A stretch of DNA of 61,205 nucleotides, counting the filler, from Chiloscyllium plagiosum (taxonomy: Eukaryota): NCBI RefSeq assembly GCF_004010195.1. It is 4 parts of one record of this genome, joined end to end, with 100 filler letters (N's around TTAATTAATTAA, not from the genome) between each part and the next. Parts side by side here need not be neighbours in the genome. Positions count along the whole stretch, not along the records: positions 12,319 to 39,842 come from NC_057717.1; positions 39,943 to 48,328 come from NC_057717.1; 2 more parts are not named here. One strand, given 5' to 3'. Positions 38,770 to 48,199 of this stretch are shown piece by piece (position 1 is the stretch's first letter; each line of letters opens with the position of its first letter). The position numbers were made by a program, and so were the translations under genes. The notes under the pieces are model-generated. The model had not been told where the DNA came from and did no database searches. It was given only the letters and a program-made list of their open reading frames with translations.

Positions 38770-39842
38770 AAGCAGAACCATGTCCTTCAGACCATCGTGT
38801 ATGCGGTGACCATGATGCTATTCTAAACAAAACCCCATTCACCTGAACATATACCTTATCCTTTAATTCTGTGCCTGTTCACGTACCTGACGAAATGCAA
38901 CATAAACATTGAACGATCATAGTACATTACATAGTATTACAGGCAGTTCGGCCCACGATTTTGCCGACCAGTGGAACCAATCTGAAGCCCAACTATCCTA
39001 CACTATTCTATTTTCATCCATATGTTTATTCAATGACCATTTACATGCCTTTAAAGTTGGGAGTCTACTACTGTTGTAGATAGTGCGTTCCATGCCCCTA
39101 CTGCACTCTGAGTAAAGGAACTACCTCTGACATGTGTCCGACATCTATCACCTTCAATTTAAAGCTAGATCCCCTCGTGCTATCCATCGCCATCCAAGGA
39201 AAAAGGCTTTCACTGTCCACCTTATTTAATCCTCTGATTTTCTTCTATGTCTCAATTAAGTCACCTCTCAACCCTCTACTCCCTACTGTAAACATCCTCA
39301 GATCCTTCAGCTTTCCTCAAACGACCTTCTCTTCGTTCCAGGCGACATCCTAGTAAATCTCCTCTGAACCTTTTCAAAGGAAACCACATCCTTCCTATAA
39401 TGCAGTGACAAGAACTGAATGCAATACTCCAAGTGCGGCCACATCAGAGTTTTGTACAACTGCAACTCTGAAACTCAATCCTTCTCGCAATAAAAGCTAA
39501 CACTCCTTATGCCTCCTTAACAACCCTACCTACCTAGGGGCAACGTTCGGCTATTTGTGTGCATGGACACAGAGATCTCTCTGCTCATTTTCACTACCAA
39601 GAATCTTACCATAAACACAGTACTCTTTATTCCTGTTGCTCCTTCCAAAGTGAATCATCTCACATTTTTCCGCATTAAACTCCATTTGCTACGTCTCAGT
39701 CCAGCTCTGCAGCTTATCTATGTTCTACTGTAACCTGAAACATCTTCCGCACTATCCACTACTCCACTGAACTTAGTGTCGTTCGCAAATTTAGTAATCC
39801 ATCCTTCTCCAAGTCATTTATAAAAATGACAAACAGCAGTGG
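38770..39842 (-). mobile_element. CR1 LINE 3' portion(s) running into a gap
   Basis: Reverse complement of ORF2 C-terminus (decayed FADDTK near 39775-39795) and CR1 tails. Confidence 0.85.
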
Positions 39843-39942
39843 NNNNNNNNNNNNNNNNNNNNNNNNNNNNNNNNNNNNNNNNNNNNTTAATTAATTAANN
39901 NNNNNNNNNNNNNNNNNNNNNNNNNNNNNNNNNNNNNNNNNN

Positions 39943-40227
39943 AAAAAAGTGTTTTGTGATTTACACATGAAAGAAGTGAAGCTATCACTGTATTCTAACA
40001 GATGAAAGGCTTAACAGACAATCAATTCTTCAATGTATAATTTCAGTTACATCACACTGCAAATTTTTGCTATAAATTCTGTGTTACGATCGAGCCCTCC
40101 ACAATCACCTGATGAAGGAGCATCGCTCCGAAAGCTAGTGCTTCCAATTAAACCTGTGGGACTATAACCTGGTGTTGTGTGAGTTTTAACTTTGTACACC
40201 CCAGTCCAACACCGGCGTCTCCAAATC
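39943..40227 (+). mobile_element. Young Penelope pLTR (family A)
   Basis: Homologous to 32900-33165; ends ...GTACACCCCAGTCCAACACCGGCGTCTCCAAAT. Confidence 0.8.
40106..40140 (+). ncRNA. Minimal type I hammerhead ribozyme motif (family A), intact core
   Basis: CAC-CTGATGA-A-GGAGC(atc)GCTCC-GAAA-GCTA^GTG; predicted cleavage after A40137. Confidence 0.78.
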
Positions 40228-40568
40228 TTGACTGAGACAATACACACATCCTGGGACAATCGTAGTAAAGACATGTACAAGAATTCTTAGAAGCAGGGCA
40301 TTCCATCTCAGCAAGCTAACTTACAGACTTACCATCAACCTGAGCTACAAATCTTCTTAAAAACCACTAATGACTTGGAGTGCTCATCCCCTTGCAGCGC
40401 CACCACTGTGTGGAGGACTGGATAGGAGGAGTCATACCCCTGCAGCGCCACTACTGTCTGGAGGACTGCCTTGGAGTACTCAGCCCCTTGCAGCGTCTGG
40501 AGGACTGCCTTGGAGTACTCAGCCCCTTGCAGCGCCACCACTGTCTGGAGGACTGCCTTGAAGTACTC

Positions 40569-40604
40569 ATTCCTGAAGAAGGGCCTGTGCCCGAAACGTC
40601 GAAT
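40569..40604 (+). ncRNA. Minimal type I hammerhead ribozyme motif (family B), intact
   Basis: ATTC-CTGAAGA-A-GGGC(ctgt)GCCC-GAAA-CGTC^GAAT: 4-bp stem I, 4-bp stem II, palindromic ACGU, canonical GUC triplet; predicted cleavage after C40600. Confidence 0.82.
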
Positions 40605-40697
40605 CTCCTGTTCCCTGGATGCTGCCTGACCTGCTGTGCTGTTCCAGCAATAAAGTTTCAACTTTGATCTCCAGCATCTGCAGACCTCACTTTCTCC
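40571..40697 (+). mobile_element. Family B hammerhead-headed short element inserted in the minisatellite
   Basis: TSD (CC)TTGAAGTACTCAT at 40556-40570 and 40696-40710, both carrying a G>A variant not seen in the other satellite units. Confidence 0.92.
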
Positions 40698-42006
40698 TTG
40701 AAGTACTCATCCCCTTGCAGCGCCACCACTGTCTGGAGGACTGTATAGGAGGGGTCATCCACCTGTAGCGCCACCACTGTCTGGAGGACTGCCTTGGAGT
40801 ACTCATCCCCTTGCAGCGCCCCCACTGTCTGGAGGACTGGATAGGAGGGGTCATCCACCTGCAGCGCCACCACTGTCTGGAGGACTGCCTTGGAGTACTC
40901 ATCCCCTTGCAGCGCCACCACTGTCTGGAGGACTGGATAGGAGGAGTCATCCACCTGCAGCGCCACCACTGTCTGGAGGACTGCCTTGGAATACTCATCC
41001 CCGTGCAGCGCCACCACTGTCCGGAGGACTTACTTGGAGAAGTCATCCACGTGTAGCGCCACCAGAGTCTGGAGGACTAGCTAGGAGTACTCATTCCCTT
41101 GCAGCGCCACCATGTCTGGAGGACTGGATAGGAAGAGTCATCCCCCTGCAGCGCCACCAGTGTCCGGAGGACTTACTTGGAGAAGTCATCCACGTGCAGC
41201 GCCACCAGAGTCTGGAGGACTAGCTAGGAGTACTCATCCCCTTGCAGCGCCACCACTGTCTGGAGGACTGGATAGGAGGAGTCATCCACCTGCAGCGCCA
41301 CCCAATGATTGGAGGAATGTTTAGGAGGAGTCATCGCCATGCAGCGTCCCCACTATCTGGAGGACTAGTTTAGGAGGGCTGATTTGGAGACTATAACTTG
41401 ATGTTGTGTGATTTTTAACTTGTTAGGAGGAGTCATCCAGTTGCGCCGCCACCACTTTCCGGAGGACTGCCTCGGAGGAGGCATCTACTTGCAGCGACAC
41501 CCATTGGCGGCAATATTGGTTTGGGGGCATCCATTCCTGGAGCTGTTGAGGGCATGTAGGTCAGGTAGCCCTGTCTGCACAAGGGTGTGAGGCGCCCCTG
41601 TGTGTGGCAAACAGTTTAAGGCTCTGATTGTCCTCAGGTCGATTCCATTCGACACGAATTCGAGAGCAAATGGTCTTACCAGCAGCTGCTGGGTCTGCAT
41701 GTAGCTGCAGCCGGTCTGGATTCTGCAGCATGTTTATTAGCACAGTCACTTCGGCCAAGGCTTGCCCCAATTTCCCAGCATGCCTCATTTATTGTCCAGT
41801 TCTCATAAATCCATCATTTTGTGCAGCCCTTCCGGCCACCGATTTCAAGTGCAGGCCCAAGCTTTTTTCCTACAATCCGTAATAAGTGAACTAGCTGTTT
41901 CTCATAAGAGAGCAGAAGTGTAGTTGTACCCTTAATCTGTAAAGGCTCCCCAGTATGTATTCTGGTAAACATAAATCACCACAGAGGGTGCCTTATTGTT
42001 ATCAGC

Positions 42007-42860
42007 AAAGTTAAAAATCACTCAACATATAGGACAGATGGCAGAGGTAGTTTCTTTACTCAGAGAGTAGTAGGGACATGGAATGCACCACCTGCAACAG
42101 TAGTAGACTTGCCAACTTTAATGGCATTTCGATGGGCATTGGATAGACATATGGATGAAAATGGAATAGTGTAGGATAGATGGGCTTCCGATTGGTTCCA
42201 CAGGTCAGCGCAACATCGAGGGCGGAAACATACAACGTTGTAATGTTCCATAACACCAGGGTTTGGTCCAACGGATTTATTTGGAAGTACCAGCTTTCGG
42301 AGCACTGCTCCTTCACCAGGTAGCTGAGGAGCAGATCATAAGACGCAGATTTTATAGCAGAAGATCGTAGTCTCATGCAACTGGGTGGCACGGTGACTCG
42401 GTGGTTAGCACGGCTGCCTCACAGCGCCAGGAATCTGGGTTCGATTCCAGCCTCGGCTGACTGTCTGTGTGAAATCTGCACATTCTCCCTGTGTCTGCGT
42501 GGGTTTCCTCCCATAGTCCAAAGATGTGCAGGCCAGGTGAGTTGGCCGTGCTAAATAGGCCATAGTGTTAGGTGTTTTAATCAGAGGGAAATGGGTCTGG
42601 GTGGGTTACTCTTCGGAGGGTCGGTGTGGGCCTGTTTCCGCACTGTAGGGAATCTAATGTAATATAAACTGATATGATAAATTGAACAAACCTAGATTGC
42701 TGTTAAGGCTTTCATCTTTTTAACTGGGTTGCAGATTTTGGTTCATTAATATGTAAATCCCAGAACTTCTTTCAAGTCATATTCTCGAGATAACAGAAGG
42801 TTTTATAAAAAATATGGTGACATCTCGGCTCAGAGCCCAGTCCAACACTGGCACCTCCAC
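42007..42860 (-). mobile_element. Penelope pLTR (family A) split by a CR1 3' end (~42028-42249) and a V-SINE (42384-42664)
   Basis: Reverse complement of 32820-33165/39943-40227 in three pieces; mutated hammerhead at 42288-42322; short inverted terminal piece ~42834-42860. Confidence 0.75.
42384..42664 (+). mobile_element. HE1-type V-SINE
   Basis: tRNA head, V-domain; AACTG duplicated at 42379-42383 and 42667-42671. Confidence 0.88.
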
Positions 42861-42864
42861 GTTA

Positions 42865-44079
42865 TTATTATTATGGGGAGCAAGAGTGATTGTCCCGATC
42901 CTAGGTCACTGTCGATATTGTCTGAACTGCACCAGGGTCATTCAAGGGTTTCCAAAATGAAGGTGTTGGCAAGACCTTATGTCAGGTGACCAGGATTGGA
43001 TGCTGACCAGACCAAGAGGGCCAACAAGGACAAAACCTACTCCCAACGGCTCCCTCACATTCGTGGGACGGTCCCGGCAAAACCTGGACTCGATTTCAAG
43101 TCAACCATGCTGGTTCTTTTACAGGCTCAATGTTTTGAGGCATTGTGGACGTCCACTCAGAGCGGTTGGATGTGCGTCAAGATTAGAGTGGTGCTGGAAA
43201 AGCACGGCAGGTCAGGCATCATCCGAGGAGCCGGAAAATCGCCGTTTCAGGCAGGAGTCCTTCATCAGGAAGTACTAGCTTTCGGAGCGCTGCTCTTTCA
43301 TCAGGTAGCTGACACAGAATTTATAGTAGAAGATCACAGTGTCGTTGCAATTGATATACTGAACAAACCTAGATTGCTGTTAAGTCTTTCATCTTTTCAT
43401 TCCTGATGAAGGGCTTTTGCCTGAAATGTCGATTTTCCTGCACCTCGGATGCTGCCTGACCTGCTGTGCTTTTCCAGCACCACACTCTAATCTTGACTCT
43501 AATCTCCAGCATCTGCAGTCCTCACTTACACTCGGTACCAAACTGTCCTGGTTCCTGTTTGATTAACGCACCAGCCCTCACCCAACTACAGGGATAGCTC
43601 CAACAGAGCTGCCACGCGGGTAGACGACTCCGCAACTGGCTAAACCCGATCTTCCTGGTGCTGGGAGTGGGATGAAACGGCATCAGGAACGCCAACACCA
43701 GACTCCTCTAAGAGGGGAGGGCAGGGGTGGGGTGGGGTGGCCCTGCGTGGGGTAAGAGGCGTGGGCAACATGAGATCGGGTCCCACAATGTACAGGGTCG
43801 GAGAGGCGGGGTCCTGAACAAAGGCCTGAACGCTGCCAAGCGGCGCGAGCTTCGGAGAAACGTCTGACAATAAGACAAACGTAGCAGACACTGACACATT
43901 ACCGCTCAAAGGAGGGGAATTTCAGACAAGGCGCTCCAGGAGCGAGAGGCGGGTTACAGTCCAATACACCCCCCCCCACCAGTGTCCGAGGCAGCGTCTG
44001 CCGGATTGGACCTGGTGGGCAAACCCCCGGGGAATGCTCCAGGGAAAAGAACGAGCGTATATCCCCGGACCTACAGGGA
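42865..44079 (+). mobile_element. Gypsy integrase remnant (catalytic core largely replaced by insertion at 43177-43530)
   Basis: Decayed WGARVIVP...ELHQGHSRVSKMKVLARPYV.PGLDAD (zinc-binding), IVDVHSERLDV, RTSPHPTTGIAPTEL...GRRLR, RSGPTMYRV. Confidence 0.8.
43177..43530. mobile_element. Family B palindrome enclosing a family A pLTR fragment (three hammerhead-like motifs)
   Basis: Left arm 43177-43270 and right arm 43398-43530 are inverted repeats; spacer contains minus-strand family A motif 43273-43307; plus-strand family B motif 43399-43434. Confidence 0.82.
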
Positions 44080-44908
44080 TGCAGTGATTGGAAAGAGGGC
44101 AGGCAGCTGAACCTCTTCGAATCAGAGTTCCCTGATTGGGGCTGTTAACCCTGGTCCAATCAGGGAGCTCTGGCTGACAGTTAGATACAGGACGGTGGGA
44201 TTTGAGGTTCCTCATTTCCCTGAAAACTGGTTGAACGTTAGGGTTCGGGGCCTGGCTTTGCTGCTCCTCTCCCTCGTAAAATTGCTGTTTCTCTGTAGAC
44301 AGCTGTTCATTGTTTTGTAACCTGCAAATTGTTTCATAAAATTTACAAAAAAAGAAACGGGACAGTTAGCCACTGCCATTCGACGCCTCAAGATGGTGGT
44401 GCTCGGACCCGACGTAGTTCACCAGTTGGAGGATGCTCGGGTGTGCGGTGGAATCCCACCCGTGCTCACTCCAGCCCCAAGGTCCCGTACATCCGCTCCC
44501 ACCACCCCCCCCCCTCACCCACCAAACCCCGTGCCCCACAACCTGAGCCGCCTCCAGAATTTGAATTTTGTCCCTTTTAAAGACATAAAACGGTGGGCCC
44601 TGTATCGACTGCTGCTGCACACCGTCCACCTCTTCTCCCTCACCCACCGCCTTGGCCTACCCACTTGCCACCGGGCCATGGGGCTACCCGGTGGAGGGCT
44701 CCCTACGCGGGAGTCCTCCCTTCTCTCTGTCGGGGATCTGGGGTGGAGGGTGCTGCACGCAGCGGTCCCCTGCAACCACAGATTGTGGAGGTTCACGGAC
44801 TCCCAGCCCAACTGCTTGTTCTGTGGCGCTGGGGAGTCCGTGGACCATGTATACATTGAGTGTGGGCCCTTGCACTCCCTCTTTGATTTTCTTAAAAACC
44901 TCCTTCTC

Positions 44909-45782
44909 GACTGAAGTTAAGGTAGACCCGATATCTCTCCTCTTAGGTCTACCGAATTTACCATCTTTAAACAGGCCTGGGAAGAAACGATTTAAAATTC
45001 TTGCATACTGTGCTCAGAAGAATATTCTGATGAACTGGGTGTCTGAGAACCCGCTGGGCTTGCTGGGATGGCAGACATTAATTATGGATCATATTCCATT
45101 GGACATTTTTACAAACATAGTGCACCACACAACAGACCATTTTCATAAGGAGAGAAAGTGACGGCTGCAGATGCTGGAGATCAGAGCTGAAAATGTGTTG
45201 CTGGAAAAGCGCAGCAGGTAAGGCAGCATCCAGGGAACAGGAGAATCGACGTTTCGGGCACAGGCCCTTCTTCAGGAAGGGCTGAAGAAGGGCTTATGCC
45301 CGAAACGTCGATTCTCCTGTTCCCTGGATGCTGCCTGACCTGCTGCGTTTTTCCAGCAACACATTTTCAGACCATTTTTATAAGACATGGCAACCCCACT
45401 TGAGTTATTTGGAAATAGATTTGTCAGTTGTCTTAACTAGGGCGTTTATTTAACCAGGATGGTTAGATTTGTCAAGCCCTAGAGGGGGCTCTCCTGAGTT
45501 AATACGAGTGTATGCAATCCTTTGTTTGGAAGCTTTGCACCGAGCATAGCTGTTCTGTATTTTGTTTGTTTTTTTGTGTTTCTTTCTCTTTTTTTGGTGT
45601 TGCTTTGCACAGTGCTAGGGTTTGTTTTGTATTAGAGGGTAGGTTAATAGTTAGGAGACAGTAGTTGCGTTGTAATTCTTTTTATTATACTGATATTTGC
45701 TATTGATTGTATTTTGCCATAATTTTATGCTTGTAAAGTTAAAAAAAAAAAATTTTTGCTGATAAATATATTTACAAAAAAA
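44909..45782 (+). mobile_element. L1-clade LINE 3' end with A-rich tail nested in Tx1
   Basis: DPISLLLG...AQKNILMNW...KTWQPHLSYL C-terminus, T-rich UTR, A-rich tail; CTCCTTCTC duplicated at 44900-44908 and 45785-45793. Confidence 0.8.
45150..45370. mobile_element. Young family B palindrome with two head-to-head hammerhead cores
   Basis: Near-perfect inverted arms; minus motif 45244-45278, plus motif 45282-45313; TSD CAGACCATTTTCATAAG 45133-45149 vs CAGACCATTTTTATAAG 45368-45384. Confidence 0.9.
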
Positions 45783-46964
45783 GTCTCCTTCTCTGTTCAG
45801 TCCCACGCTCCTGATCTTTGGGCACCCCGTGCGGTGGAAAGAGGGTAGGTCAGAGGACCCCCCCCCTCATGGATCTGCACCTGGGCCTGGCCAAACAGGC
45901 CATAAAAGGGTCCAGGCAGCGGGCCGTGGAGGGGGTCGTTAGGTCCGCCTGCCTGCCCCTCTTCCGCGGTTACGTTAGAGCCCGGGGTGTCTCTGAAGAA
46001 GGAGCACGCGGTGTCCACCAACACCCTGGAGTTGTTCAGGGAGAGGTGGGCGCCGCAGGGAATGGAGTGCATTACTTCCCCCTCCAACTCTATTTTGATT
46101 TAGTCCCTACGGTGTCCACCAACACCTTGGAGTTGTTCAGGGAGAGGTGGGCGCCGCAGGGAGTGGAGTGTATTACTTCCCCCTCCAACTCTTTCGATTT
46201 AATCCCTGCCCTCCCCCCTCACTGTTTGATCACACAGTTTGATGTGAACTTTGATGTCACTGGTCACTTGGGTGTTTCCTTTCTTGCTGGTGGTGGGCAC
46301 TGAATAAAGATTTGTGCCCCTTTCACTGTGTCTCACACCTGTACACCCACGAAATGGGTGCTGGGGAATAAATAAGCATTCTGCGATTAGGTGGTAGCGT
46401 GTGGGGGGGGTTATATAAAAAAGAAACAGGAGGGTCATGGGTTCCACTCACCCTGGTTGGGTCAGTGTCTTGTGCAATGCACTTTGAAACAAATGGTGAC
46501 CTGGTGACGGGATATCAGCCTGTGTGGAGTTATTTCAGACCCCGCGTTAATCATTCGTCCCAACTTGACGCCTCACGCTTCGTAAATTATCATCTTCCAA
46601 CCTCCTGAAGATTTAAACTGCAGTCTCTGAGCCACCAGCGGGGGGTATCCTTGTATCACATTAATCTCGAGAGAGAGAGGAAGCAGGGAGAGAGCCTTTT
46701 TTAGTTCATGGACATCGACACAGAGAACAAAACATCCCGCATGGTACAGGCCAGTTGTTCCTGAAATATAATTATGGTTATGTGTGTGTGTGTGTGTATT
46801 TGTGAAAATGTTTTTGCCTGTGTGTTTAATGGTGTGGCAGGAAGAGATTGCATGCTTGTGTGAGTGTGTTAATATGTGTATTAATGTGAACATGTAAAGT
46901 GGGCAAGTGTGTGCAAAGTTTGTGATCATGCCAGTGTGTAATATTGATAATCAAGCTTTTCATG

Positions 46965-48120
46965 TATGTTAGATCCCAGTCTGTATCTCACTCCCCCGGT
47001 ATCTGTTATTCTGTATATAAACCACCCCAAAGCCCTCGATTAGATTCCAGTCTGTATCTCACTCCAGGGTATCTGTTATTCTGTATATAAACCACCCCGA
47101 ACCACTCAATTACATTCCAATCTGTAACCCCCTCCCGGGTATCTGTTATTCTGTATATAACCCATCCCAAACCCCGCAATTAGATTCCAGTCTGTAACTC
47201 ACTCCAGGGTATCTGTTATTTTGTATATAAACCACCCCGAACCACTCAATTAGATTCCAATCTGTAACCCCCTCCCGGGGTATCTGTTATTCTGTATATA
47301 ACCCATCCCACAGCCCTCGATTAGATTCCAGTCTGCAATTCACTCCTAGGTATCTGTTATTCTGTATATAAACCATCCCAAATCCCTTGATTAGATTCCA
47401 CTCTGTAACTCACTCCCAGTATCTGTTATTCTGTATATAAACCACCCCGACCCCTCAATTAGATTCCAGTCTGTAACTCCCTCCCGGGTCTCTGTTATTC
47501 TGTATATAACCCACCCTGAACCCCTCAATTAGATTCCAGCCTGTAACTCACTCCCAGGCATCTGTTATTCTGTATATAACCCACCCCAAATCCCTTGATT
47601 AGATTCCAGTCTGTAACTCACTCCTGGGGAGCTGTTATTCTGTGTATAAACCACCCCAAACCCTTCAATTAGATTCCAGTCTGTAACTCACTCCTGGGTG
47701 TCTGTTATTTTGTATATAAACCACCCCGAACCCCTCGATTAGATTCCAGTTTACGCCTCACTCCCAGGCATCTGTGACTTTATATGCAAACCATCAAGAA
47801 ACTCATTGATTAGATTCCAGTCTTTAACTCACTCCCGGGTATCTGTTATTCTGTATATAAATCACCCTGAACTGCTCAATTAGATTCCAGTTTGTAAGTA
47901 TCTCACAGATATCTATTATTCTATATATATAAGTCCTCCCAAACCCCTAGAATAGATTCCAGTCTGTAACACATTTCCTGATATCAGTTTCTCTCTATTT
48001 AAACTTCCCGAATACCTCTATTTACATGCCAGTGTGTAATTCACTCTCAGATATCTCTTGTTCCACACACAGATATATTCCTCGATTAAATTTCAGGCTG
48101 ATTCACTCCCAGTTATCTGT
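46965..48120. repeat. 70-bp minisatellite, about 16 copies
   Basis: TAGATTCCAGTCTGTAACTCACTCCCGGGTATCTGTTATTCTGTATATAAACCACCCC... recurring at 47041, 47111, 47181, 47251 etc. Confidence 0.93.
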
Positions 48121-48199
48121 AATTCTAATTTTATCGGTTGGGTAACAGAGAACAGTCTGGATAGCAGACAACAAAAAAACTCAAACTTATGTTAAATAG

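Larger units (their letters stand above)
40372..41495. repeat. 48-bp minisatellite with alternating A/B units (96-bp higher-order repeat)
   Basis: Constant TGCAGCGCCACCACTGTCTGGAGGACT preceded alternately by GCCTTGGAGTACTCATCCCCT or GGATAGGAGGAGTCATCCACC; about 19-20 units, degenerating rightwards. Confidence 0.92.
44363..46421 (+). mobile_element. Tx1-clade LINE 3' portion (zf-RVT CCHC domain and 3' UTR)
   Basis: LGWRVLHAAVPCN...CLFCGAGESVDHVYIEC and, after the nested L1, PTLLIFG...LGLAKQAI...FRERWA; internal tandem duplication ~46008-46205. Confidence 0.82.
44080..46537 (+). mobile_element. Gypsy 3' LTR split into 44080-44192 and 46422-46537 by LINE insertions
   Basis: Starts TGCAGTGATTG, ends GGAGTTATTTCA; the two halves joined are colinear with the solo LTR at 34536-34755. 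Confidence 0.72.

Noticed and set aside
40372..41495. Constant ~27-bp block alternating with ~21-bp variable blocks, superficially CRISPR-like
   Set aside because: The variable blocks are only two or three recurring, related variants; vertebrate context and no cas genes. It is a minisatellite.
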